The notes under the pieces are model-generated. The model did no database searches, was not told the origin of the DNA, and was given only the letters and a program-made list of their open reading frames with translations. From Kiritimatiellia bacterium (GTDB lineage Bacteria > Verrucomicrobiota > Kiritimatiellia > RFP12 > UBA1067), in contig JBMNFY010000017.1 in the NCBI GenBank assembly GCA_050949565.1, positions 1,600,001-1,664,000 on the forward strand: a stretch of 64,000 nt of DNA, given 5' to 3'. This document shows, in pieces, positions 55,301-62,275 of this stretch. Position 1 is the first letter of the stretch; each line of letters opens with the position of its first letter. A program made the translations under genes and the position numbers.

Positions 55301-56690
55301 CGCCGTGTACGTCCACCTTCTCCGTGGCGAACCACTCGACGCCCGCCGTGATGCCGAACGCGCCTTGGTGCGAGAGCAGAGCCGACAGCGCCACGCGCAT
55401 ACGGGCATAACATTCGCCGCGCGCGGCCAGGCGGTTGTTGTCGTGCGTCTCGGCGAAGTGGATCAGCGGGCCGCAGCGTTCCGCCAGCGGGATCGCGCGC
55501 GGCAGGTACCAGTCGAATGCGCCGCGATCTTCGGTCTGGAACAATTCGGAGTAGGCCCAGTCCAGATTGGCTACGGTGAGCAACTCTTCGGTCACCTCGA
55601 CCTTGCCGCCCAGCCCTTCCAGCATGAAGATGGTGTCGGGGAACTCTTTGCGCACACGGGCCACGATATAGGTCCAAGTCTCGACCGGGATCATGTAGCC
55701 GGCATCGCAGCGGAAACCGTCCACGCCTTGGCTGCACCAGAAGAGAAACACCTTGGCCATGTAGGCGCGCAATCGTGGGTCGCTGTAATCCAACTCCACC
55801 AAGTCGGCCCAGGTCACGCCCCACGCGCCCGGCGAGATGAACTCGCCGTCGGGTCTACGCCGGAACCAGTCCGGGTGGTGGGTATGGAGCGTCGCGGCCC
55901 AGCCGGTGTGGTTGGCGGGCAGATCCATAAAGAGACTGCCGCCGCGACTGTGTACGGCATCGATCAGCTCGCGGAATTGATCGAGCGGCGTGGCGTACGT
56001 ATCGAACTCCGCCAGCGCGGGATCGACCGAAAAGAAATCGAGCGCCGCGAAGGCCGACCCGTAGCGGCCCATGCGCGCGTAGGTGGTCGGCACCGGATGC
56101 ACCGGCAGAAGCTGCAGGATGCGGAAACGCTGGCGCCCCATGATGGTGTCGAGCTGGCGGATAAGATCGCGGAACGTTCCCGATGGCGGGATGACGGTGT
56201 AGCCTTGCCGGTCGAGCGCGGCCTCGTGTTCCCTGAGTTCCGGCGTGCTCGGGTTGCGATGCCGTGCCGCGCCGAACTGGCGCACGAAGGCGGTGTACAT
56301 GGTATTGGCGCAGGCGGTGTGGGCGGGGCCGACCTTGATGCGCAGGTTGTCGCCCGCCGGCCACTCCGGCACCGACGAGCCCTCGGCAAAGAAACAGGCC
56401 TTGCCCTCAAAGATGCCGACTTCGGTCAACGGCACACGCACGCGGAACACGCCCGGCGCTTCCTCGCGCATCGGGATATCGTGCCAGTCGCGTGCCAGCA
56501 CCGGCTCGCCCGATTCAGTGCTGGCGATCAACTCGCGGCGTCGCACGCGCGCCATGCCGAGGTTGGTGCGGAAGACGGCGCGTCCCGGCCGGGGCCGGTC
56601 GAGCCGCAGTGTCACTTCAAAGAGATCTCCGGCCCATTTCAAATGAGGCGTGTCGGCTGATGGGGTCTGTTGCATAGTGGTGTACAGCAT
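52323..56690 (-). CDS. Glycogen debranching enzyme (GH13 domain fused to amylo-alpha-1,6-glucosidase)
   Basis: GH13 motifs DLPANHT, DGFRCDAG, ETHDN; GDE motifs IAGYPWFLDWGRDT, TWMD, YHNGTAW, QAWGV. Confidence 0.9.
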   Translation of the reverse strand: MLYTTMQQTPSADTPHLKWAGDLFEVTLRLDRPRPGRAVFRTNLGMARVRRRELIASTESGEPVLARDWHDIPMREEAPGVFRVRVPLTEVGIFEGKACFFAEGSSVPEWPAGDNLRIKVGPAHTACANTMYTAFVRQFGAARHRNPSTPELREHEAALDRQGYTVIPPSGTFRDLIRQLDTIMGRQRFRILQLLPVHPVPTTYARMGRYGSAFAALDFFSVDPALAEFDTYATPLDQFRELIDAVHSRGGSLFMDLPANHTGWAATLHTHHPDWFRRRPDGEFISPGAWGVTWADLVELDYSDPRLRAYMAKVFLFWCSQGVDGFRCDAGYMIPVETWTYIVARVRKEFPDTIFMLEGLGGKVEVTEELLTVANLDWAYSELFQTEDRGAFDWYLPRAIPLAERCGPLIHFAETHDNNRLAARGECYARMRVALSALLSHQGAFGITAGVEWFATEKVDVHGASALNWDAPHNQVAEIARLNALLETHPAFGPGTRLRPVQRGDGPFLAVLRDIDTDAAANGSALLVLVNLDCAHPQTAHWDEAAFHGTKAWDLVTGEAFALTPGAGLALAPGRACCLTLCAEDVAAVDAAAAAVVEPAALSRRRRNLMALRVKLHLAAVDNGDDDERFACTCEPDELGAAMTADPDAFCADAPNQLPRRTVWYWPEDQRRQVMLPEGHVLLARADAPFRAELKSGRYTQARERAVRLDDSTWGAFLIVPPYDAALDGTRAEQRSLVMTVFTDAGVQRAVSDLLVLPPAGAARAVSRVSGVRVRNEPDFCTVLSNSAGAMAQARAAWGEVRSQYDCLLAVNPDPRVPADKMIFWTRCRTWLRYRGYSHAIEAACLDAFTTDPAGRFAEWCFKVPCGIGRWVPLRFRLELEPGVNRARLRVSRPAVGACGLDAAQAGLLEADEPVKVIVRPDIEWRSFHHKTKAFMGPEHEWPAAVHPLARGFTFEPTDGMRLGIEATAGAFHIEPSWAYMVAHPEEQERGLDGHSDLFSPGWFDLLLDDGGEITLKAGDNSQSAIRNPQSATFNAQHATPTGALATIPETLSQALSLYVVRRDALKTVIAGYPWFLDWGRDTLIVLRGLIADGRHDDALEILREFGRFEERGTLPNIIHGNTVGNRDTSDAPLWFCVAAGDLMEAMGDRKVLDVACGSRTLREVLVSILTYYRDGTPNGIHMDPASGLIYSPSHFTWMDTNYPAATPREGYPVEIQALWIASLRLVARKIDAEWNALAERATSALARLYVVKEGWLADCLRAKAGEPAERALQEDTLRPNQLLALTLGVPLAPELARTMISACERLLVPGAIRSLADRPVLADCAVWHNGTLLNDPHRPYQGRYLGDEDTRRKPAYHNGTAWSWPFPLYVEALVQLYGDSARATGLSLLGSAIEQLNRGCLGHPPEICDGDAPHAARGCCAQAWGVSELLRVWLRITRGGKSPAAPYKPGSCRG

Positions 56691-56756
56691 AGCCGAACAC
56701 GCAGCGGAAGGCTATGCGATTCCGGAGTGAGGTTTTTTGAGACGGTGATGTCCCCG

Positions 56757-56785
56757 TTGACAACACTACGCCAATGGCGTACACT
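56757..56785 (+). promoter_or_regulatory. Sigma70 promoter with an overlapping palindromic operator for the TA operon
   Basis: TTGACA-17 nt-TACACT; inverted repeat TACGCCA-A-TGGCGTA at 56767-56781. Confidence 0.75.
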
Positions 56786-56791
56786 TTTCGC

Positions 56792-57115
56792 ATGGTAATT
56801 GTGGAGACCAGCGTGTTCACTCGCCGTATCGGAAGCTGCATGTCCGACGAGGAATATCGGGCGTTGCAGATGTTTCTTGTCGGGAACCCCTGTGCAGGAA
56901 GTGTTATTCCGGGCGGCGGAGGCCTGAGAAAATTACGCTGGTCAAGTTCAGGAAGAGGTAAACGCGGTGGGACGCGCATCATTTACTACTGGTGGGTTCC
57001 AGAAACGCTATTCATGCTGTTTCCATACCGTAAGAATGAGACAGAAGACTTAACAACGAACCAGGTACGACAGCTTAAAGCGGTCGTCGAGGAGTGGCTT
57101 CATGAAGAAAAATGA
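56792..57115 (+). CDS. RelE/HigB-family toxin
   Basis: VETSVF, NPCAGSVIPGGGGLRKLRW..GRGKRGGTRIIYY, YRKNE..DL. Confidence 0.9.
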   Translation: MVIVETSVFTRRIGSCMSDEEYRALQMFLVGNPCAGSVIPGGGGLRKLRWSSSGRGKRGGTRIIYYWWVPETLFMLFPYRKNETEDLTTNQVRQLKAVVEEWLHEEK

Positions 57116-57392
57116 TTTTAACGAGTTGCTCGCTAGTGTCAAAGAGGCGGGAAGCATCAAGAAGGGCGAAAAGCCTGCAAGCCGCCGCTTTGAGTTTTCG
57201 CCACCCGACATCAAGAAGGTGCGGCGGTCGCTGAACGTCACTCAAGAGGTGTTCTCGCGCATGATCGGTGTGAGCGTTGGCACCCTTCAGAACTGGGAGC
57301 AGGGGCGGCGAGAGCCGGAAGGTCCCGCGCGGGCACTCCTCACTGTGGCCGCAAAGAATCCGCAAGCCGTACTATCCGCCCTTCACGAATAA
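57102..57392 (+). CDS. HigA-type HTH antitoxin
   Basis: VRRSLNVTQEVFSRMIGVSVGTLQNWEQGRREPEGPARALL; overlaps the toxin. Confidence 0.9.
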   Translation: MKKNDFNELLASVKEAGSIKKGEKPASRRFEFSPPDIKKVRRSLNVTQEVFSRMIGVSVGTLQNWEQGRREPEGPARALLTVAAKNPQAVLSALHE

Positions 57393-57493
57393 ACGCATAA
57401 CCGCAGTCAGTTGGTGACAGTGCGGCGGCGAGTGGTATTCCGCGCGCCGCCGCTTTGGAAGCACAAGTGTGGTGGCGAGGCGGCGTGTCCCCA

Positions 57494-57515
57494 AATTACC
57501 TGTCCCTTAGTTGTC
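57494..57515 (-). repeat. RAYT-associated repeat copy
   Basis: AATTACCTGTCCCTTAGTTGTC on the + strand (one mismatch to consensus). Confidence 0.85.
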
Positions 57516-57581
57516 CCGCAGGGCACTGGGACTGGACCGGCCTTGCCGGGTGGGGCAGCGCACCCGGCGCTTATTCCAATT

Positions 57582-57914
57582 CTACGCCTTGCTTCCCCAT
57601 ATGGCTTTGACGTATTCGTTTGATTCGGCATATGGACCGTACAGCGTTTCGCGGAGACCTCTTGGTGCCTTCTTGTCACAAGACGTCCATTCCACAAAAA
57701 CCAACCGATATGGTTTCAGACTTGTGGTATCTACAACGATCCCTGTGGCAATGATACGCCCGCCAGTCTTGAGTGCGATACCATCGCCCTTTTTGATCTG
57801 TTCGAGACGACCTTGAGTCGTTTCCGCATTCGCAAACCAGATTCCATGTTTGCGGCACAATTCATGAACAGGCCGGTTGTCCACCTTGGCGTGGGCGATC
57901 CAATACTGAGTCAT
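57582..57914 (-). CDS. Hypothetical protein (low GC)
   Basis: 110-aa ORF coupled (TAATG) to the upstream lipoprotein; IKKGD.IALK..IIATG.V resembles PUA/EVE-like segments (inference). Confidence 0.55.
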   Translation of the reverse strand: MTQYWIAHAKVDNRPVHELCRKHGIWFANAETTQGRLEQIKKGDGIALKTGGRIIATGIVVDTTSLKPYRLVFVEWTSCDKKAPRGLRETLYGPYAESNEYVKAIWGSKA

Positions 57915-58411
57915 TACTCGGCCCAGCCTTTCTCTGTTTTCGACAGCGACATAGATGAGTTGAATCCAAGTGTTTTTTCTTTATATCCAGCCTCGGAAAA
58001 GCCGTGCGCATTTGCAATTCCTTCTGCTATTTCAGGAGGCAACATTTTTCCATCCTTCTTCCAGCCGTAATCCCCTTTGACTTTGGAATCGTTGGGGACA
58101 GGGGCCGCGCTAAACCGACCTCCGGAGCCTCCGAACACAGCCATTGCTCGGCGGTCCCACATACAATCATCTGTGAAGGTGATTTCGTACGTGAAATCCA
58201 TCTCGTAGAATTTCTCCCCGGTCATCGGCACCTTCTTCATTGCCCCGTTTGTCTTCTGAAACGCGGTCAACTTGTTCAAGCCCTTTGACTGTGACTGAAT
58301 CTTCGATTCGAGTATCTTCTTCGCATCGATCTCCGAAGGTTTTCCCGAACAACCTGTGAGAACCAGTGCACTTGTTAGTACCAGCAACAAAGATCTGATT
58401 CCGTTCATCAC
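57914..58411 (-). CDS. Hypothetical lipoprotein (low GC)
   Basis: Signal peptide with lipobox LVLTGC; GGAG upstream. Confidence 0.65.
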   Translation of the reverse strand: MMNGIRSLLLVLTSALVLTGCSGKPSEIDAKKILESKIQSQSKGLNKLTAFQKTNGAMKKVPMTGEKFYEMDFTYEITFTDDCMWDRRAMAVFGGSGGRFSAAPVPNDSKVKGDYGWKKDGKMLPPEIAEGIANAHGFSEAGYKEKTLGFNSSMSLSKTEKGWAE

Positions 58412-58653
58412 TCATCTCCCAACCGCTTCTGCGTTTTTTAGTATCGGACCGTGCGGTTTACGGCTCCGACAGTGGATAAGATAATGCGTTTGATCTGTTA
58501 CGCACGCATGGTGCATACCATTCAGTCGCGTTCGGATTGCCGACACGACTTCTTCCGCTCATTGTCGCTTGTTCATGTTGATCCTTTCTCCGGTCGACGC
58601 TAAGACACGAAGCGTTGTGCGACCGATATTGCCAACGCCATTTAATAAGTGAA

Positions 58654-58845
58654 TTACTGTTTTTTTATGAGCAACAGTTTTGAAATCAAGTAAACGCCAA
58701 CAGCCGTCAATATAATGCCGAACCCGCCATCATCGAAGCGATATAAGTTCATTCCTTCAACTTCACTCAAATTTTGCTTAATGGTCAAAGCAACGATTAC
58801 CGCGCCCGCAAGACTTGCAATTGCGTAATGAACGGATTCCTTCAT
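58654..58845 (-). CDS. Small two-TM hypothetical membrane protein
   Basis: RBS-like AAAGGG; two hydrophobic stretches; AT-rich. Confidence 0.5.
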   Translation of the reverse strand: MKESVHYAIASLAGAVIVALTIKQNLSEVEGMNLYRFDDGGFGIILTAVGVYLISKLLLIKKQ

Positions 58846-59085
58846 AGTGTGCCCTTTCTATGACAATGACATGTTCTCACAGTAGTGAAATCACTACCAT
58901 CCCACAGGGTAAACCGGCAACTCACCGGCTCCCATGGTTGGCACGCATTGTGCGGGGGGGGGGTAAAAGTCAACCCAAAACTTTCTAACTTTCTACCCAG
59001 AACGCCACCCACATTACCAACAGATTTTTTTGGGGGCAGGGCTGGCCGCAAGTCGCAAGTCGCGGGTCGCGAGTCAACCTTCGTA

Positions 59086-59261
59086 GACAACTAAGGGACA
59101 GGTATTTTGAACCAAAAGGTTGTGTTTCCGATCACCGGTTTTAAGGTTCGATTCAAACGCTTTTATCTCTGATCCTCTGCTCATATGATTCTCTCACCCA
59201 ACGTTGCTCCTCACCAAACACCGCCTACCCTCCGGAGTTTTTAAAATACCTGTCCCTTAGT
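59086..59261. repeat. Inverted pair of RAYT-associated repeats enclosing about 136 bp (REPIN/MITE-like)
   Basis: GACAACTAAGGGACAGGTATTT (59086-59107, +) and AAATACCTGTCCCTTAGT (59244-59261). Confidence 0.85.
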
Positions 59262-59321
59262 TAGTAGTTAGTTAGTAGTTAGTTCAGTTGGTTGTCCGTT
59301 AGTTTTTGTGGGAAATGTTTG

Positions 59322-59364
59322 TTGACACCCATTCCATACTTTTCGATCATGCTTCCATACTTTT
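59322..59364 (+). promoter_or_regulatory. Putative promoter/operator of the AbrB-PIN module
   Basis: TTGACA at 59322; direct repeat TTCCATACTTTT at 59332 and 59353; GGAGG follows. Confidence 0.55.
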
Positions 59365-59375
59365 GGAGGTGAAGT

Positions 59376-59600
59376 GTGTTGACTGCGACCGTTGCTGAAC
59401 GAGGGCAAGTGACGATTCCCAAGGCCTTGCGTGACCGTTTGGGTATCAAGCCGGCGACCGTGTTGGCGTTCAGTGTGAAAAATGGCGTTCTGACGGCTGT
59501 GAAAGTCGTGCCGAATGATCCCGTGGCCGATGTCACGGGATGTCTGGGGGCGGACAGGCGTACGGATGAATGGGTGGCTGAACTGCGAGGCGCACCGTGA
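59376..59600 (+). CDS. AbrB/MazE/SpoVT-family antitoxin (VapB-like)
   Basis: TVAERGQVTIPKALRDRLGIKP. Confidence 0.88.
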   Translation: MLTATVAERGQVTIPKALRDRLGIKPATVLAFSVKNGVLTAVKVVPNDPVADVTGCLGADRRTDEWVAELRGAP

Positions 59601-59783
59601 TCACCGCTGTCGACACGAATGTGCTGTAACAAGACGCCGCGCAGTGATCGAGTGATCGCCGATTTTTTGGTCGCGGCTCATGCGGCCGAGTGCGCAGACC
59701 GTTTGTTGACGCGTGATCGCGGATTCTACCGCACACACTTCAAAGGGCTCTCCCTTGTCGATCCACTGCGTTTGAGCGACTAA
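59597..59783 (+). pseudogene. PIN-domain (VapC-like) toxin remnant with a stop and an internal deletion
   Basis: GTGA overlap, then MITAVDTNVL*; shortly after, RVIADFLVAAHA..ADRLLTRDRGFYRTHF. Both PIN ends are present in about 190 bp and the middle is missing. Confidence 0.8.
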
Positions 59784-59799
59784 ATATCTGCCCCTTAGT
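59782..59799 (-). repeat. Degenerate RAYT-associated repeat downstream of the transposase
   Basis: AAATATCTGCCCCTTAGT (two mismatches to consensus). Confidence 0.7.
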
Positions 59800-59837
59800 C
59801 GTGGTTCCGGTTGTGGTCTGCCGCACCGCCACTGCTA

Positions 59838-60848
59838 CTATGCGCAAGGAAGCTGAACCGGCGCGATGCGGAGCGCGCGTGCCGTCCGCAACTCGCCCCA
59901 TTCGGCGAAACGCATCCTGCGCGCGCCGTCCTTGCGCTTCGGGCCGAAGAGCCGCCGGTTCTGTTCGAACACCCCGTCGACAAACGCCCTGCTGCCCAAT
60001 GCCATCCCGTCCGTGAAGTAGCGTACCCGGCAGTGCAGCACCTGCGGGAGCGTCAGCCTCCCGCCCTCATCGAGCACGTGCGCCACCTCCGCCGCACTGA
60101 ACCCGGGCCGGACGACCTGCCCGCTCTCCTCGACCGCGCGCCGTTCCTCCCCGGCTACGTAGAGCAGCTCACGGCAACTCTTCTGAACCTGCCGCCACTC
60201 GCCAACCCCCGCGCCGTGGACCGCCGCCAGTCCTTCACGCGCCAGTCTGCCGCCCGCGCATGCCTCGCCGTAGCCGCCCCAGCGGTAATCCTTGGGATCC
60301 ACGACAATCCCCGCGCGCACCGGGTTCAGGTCGATATACGCCGCCACCGCCGCCAGCGCCCCCATGGCGCCCTCGATCAGCACGCTTTTGAAGCGGTCTT
60401 CCCAAAGCGTCCCTTTGCGCCCGTGGCGGCCGTTGTAGGACATGCTGTAGCGTTGCTTGAGCGTCTTCACGAACGCGCTCAGGTCGTACATCCGCGCCCG
60501 CAGCCGCTCCTGCTGCTCCTCGACCAAGTGCGCCAGCCCCATCCGCCGCCACTCCGCCCACTGCCGCTGGACGCCCGCGACATGCTTCTTGCCGTAGAGC
60601 AGCGTCATGCGCCGTACCAGTTCAGCCTCGTCCACCTCAGTCCGCTCACCCACCTCGACCAGCAGGTGGAAGTGGTTCGACATCACTGCATAGGTTAGTA
60701 CCCGCACCCCGCAGAACGCCTCCGCGCGCCGCATGATCCCGCGGAAAATCTCTTTCTCCACATCATCCATCTTGAACGCCCGATCCACGATCCGGCTCAC
60801 CACGTGGTAATACCCCGTACCCTCAGCCTTCACCCTCGCCTGCCGCAT
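59838..60848 (-). mobile_element. REP-associated tyrosine transposase (RAYT; IS200-like Y1 HUH endonuclease), long C-terminal type
   Basis: MRQAR..YYHVVSR, HUH motif YAVMSNHFHLLV, GTLWEDRFKS, catalytic YIDLNPVRAGIV.DP.DYRW; RBS GGAGG before ATG 60848; flanked by the repeat on both sides. Confidence 0.92.
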
Positions 60849-61077
60849 GCCTTCCTCCTTCCCGTTCGAACCCCATACCCACATCCGCTCCCATCGGAGC
60901 CTCGCCCTGCCCGTCCGGCCGCGCACCCCCCAAAAAGCTCTCTCAGACAAAAACGTCCGAAAAGCACCGTCAAAAAAACACGCTTCCATTCCCAGAAGCA
61001 CCTCGGCGCTGCCCCGAGCACAGAACACCGTACACTTTACCACCTTCCGCATCTGAGCTACAAGCCTCATTTCTACT

Positions 61078-61223
61078 AAATACCTGTCCCTTAGTTGCAG
61101 AAGAGCCGCCGGTTCCGTTCGAACTCCCCGTCGACAAACGCCTTGCCGCCCAAGCACCATCCCGTCCGTGAAGTAGCGCACTCGGCAGCGCAACACCTAG
61201 TTACAAAATACCTGTCCCTTAGT
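61078..61223 (-). repeat. Two direct RAYT-associated repeats (61078-61095, 61206-61223) enclosing a 99-bp diverged copy of RAYT coding sequence
   Basis: 61100-61198 aligns by eye to 59946-60043 with about 10 substitutions and one indel. Confidence 0.9.
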
Positions 61224-61318
61224 TGAAATTGTCGAGACTTGGCAAGATGAAACCAAGTACGTATACTGGTGCTCTTACTGTCTGGATTAGCCATTCTGTA
61301 AGCCGATACGACACAACC

Positions 61319-62203
61319 ATGACCTTTTTCGAAAAACTTCAGAGCGGTCACCCGACCATTTCGTTTGAATTCTTTCCGCCCAAGACGCCGGAAGGCTGGG
61401 CGCGGCTGTATGCGACGCTGGCCGAAACCGCACGTCTGAACGTGGATTTGGTCTCGGTGACTTACGGTGCTGGCGGCAGTACGCGCGAAAACACCGTGGA
61501 CTTGGTGGCGTCGTTGCAGAACAATCTGGGGTTGCACGCCATGGCGCATCTCACTTGCCTCGGCCATTCGCAGGTGGATCTCTCCAGAATCCTCGACCGG
61601 CTGGCGGAAAAGAACGTGCCGGCCATCATGGCTCTGCGCGGCGACCCGCCGCAGGGGGAGAGCAGTTTCCGCCCGCATCCGTATGGATTCGCCTATGCCA
61701 GCGACCTGATTGGCTTCATCCGTGATGGCTGGCCGCAGTTCAAGATCGGTTGCGCCGCCTACCCAGAGGGCCACCCAGAATCTTTTGCGGAGGGCCAGCC
61801 GCGTTCGCCGGCGCGCGACATCACCTTCTTGAAGCGCAAGCAGGAGAACGGCGCGGACTTTGCGGTCACACAGCTCTTTTTCAGTAACTCGGCTTACCAT
61901 GACTTTGTTGCGCAAGCTCGTGATGCGGGGGTCACGATCCCGCTGCTGCCCGGCATCATGCCGCTGAGTTCGGCCAAGCAGATCGAACGCTTTGTCGAGC
62001 TTTCCGGTTGCTCGATCCCGGACGCCCTGCGGCAGGCGGCCGCCGCCGAGGATGTCGAAGAGGCCGGTTTCTGTTTTGCGCTCGATCAATGTCGCGACCT
62101 GCTGGCGCATGGTGCGCCGGGCATCCATCTCTACACACTCAATCAGTCCTCGCTCTCCGGCCGTATCTTCGCTGCGCTGCGTGCGGAAAATGCCGGTTTG
62201 TAA
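61319..62203 (+). CDS. metF: Methylenetetrahydrofolate reductase
   Basis: ISFEFFPPKT, SVTYGAGGST, AHLTC, LRGDPP, AYPEGHP, TQLFF, HLYTLN. Confidence 0.96.
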   Translation: MTFFEKLQSGHPTISFEFFPPKTPEGWARLYATLAETARLNVDLVSVTYGAGGSTRENTVDLVASLQNNLGLHAMAHLTCLGHSQVDLSRILDRLAEKNVPAIMALRGDPPQGESSFRPHPYGFAYASDLIGFIRDGWPQFKIGCAAYPEGHPESFAEGQPRSPARDITFLKRKQENGADFAVTQLFFSNSAYHDFVAQARDAGVTIPLLPGIMPLSSAKQIERFVELSGCSIPDALRQAAAAEDVEEAGFCFALDQCRDLLAHGAPGIHLYTLNQSSLSGRIFAALRAENAGL

Positions 62204-62275
62204 AAAATTGTGTGCGTCACGATGTGCGTGATGTGGTAACCTCGTGGAAAACTCTTCAGCAACAGGGTATTGTGC

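Noticed and set aside
52845-56660. Long plus-strand ORFs (756 and 478 aa)
   Set aside because: Antisense to the debranching enzyme gene; typical high-GC shadow ORFs.
57516-59085. Classical integron cassette array
   Set aside because: No IntI gene, and I could not find attC-like RYYYAAC...GTTRRRY palindromes between the ORFs.
60849-61196. N-terminal extension of the RAYT in ORF 59838..61196
   Set aside because: It is read-through across the captured fragment, a repeat and the promoter region; the RBS and family-typical MRQAR start are at 60848.
59946-61198. DGR template/variable repeat pair
   Set aside because: Differences are not confined to adenines (C/T, G/A, T/A changes and an indel occur), and no reverse transcriptase is present.
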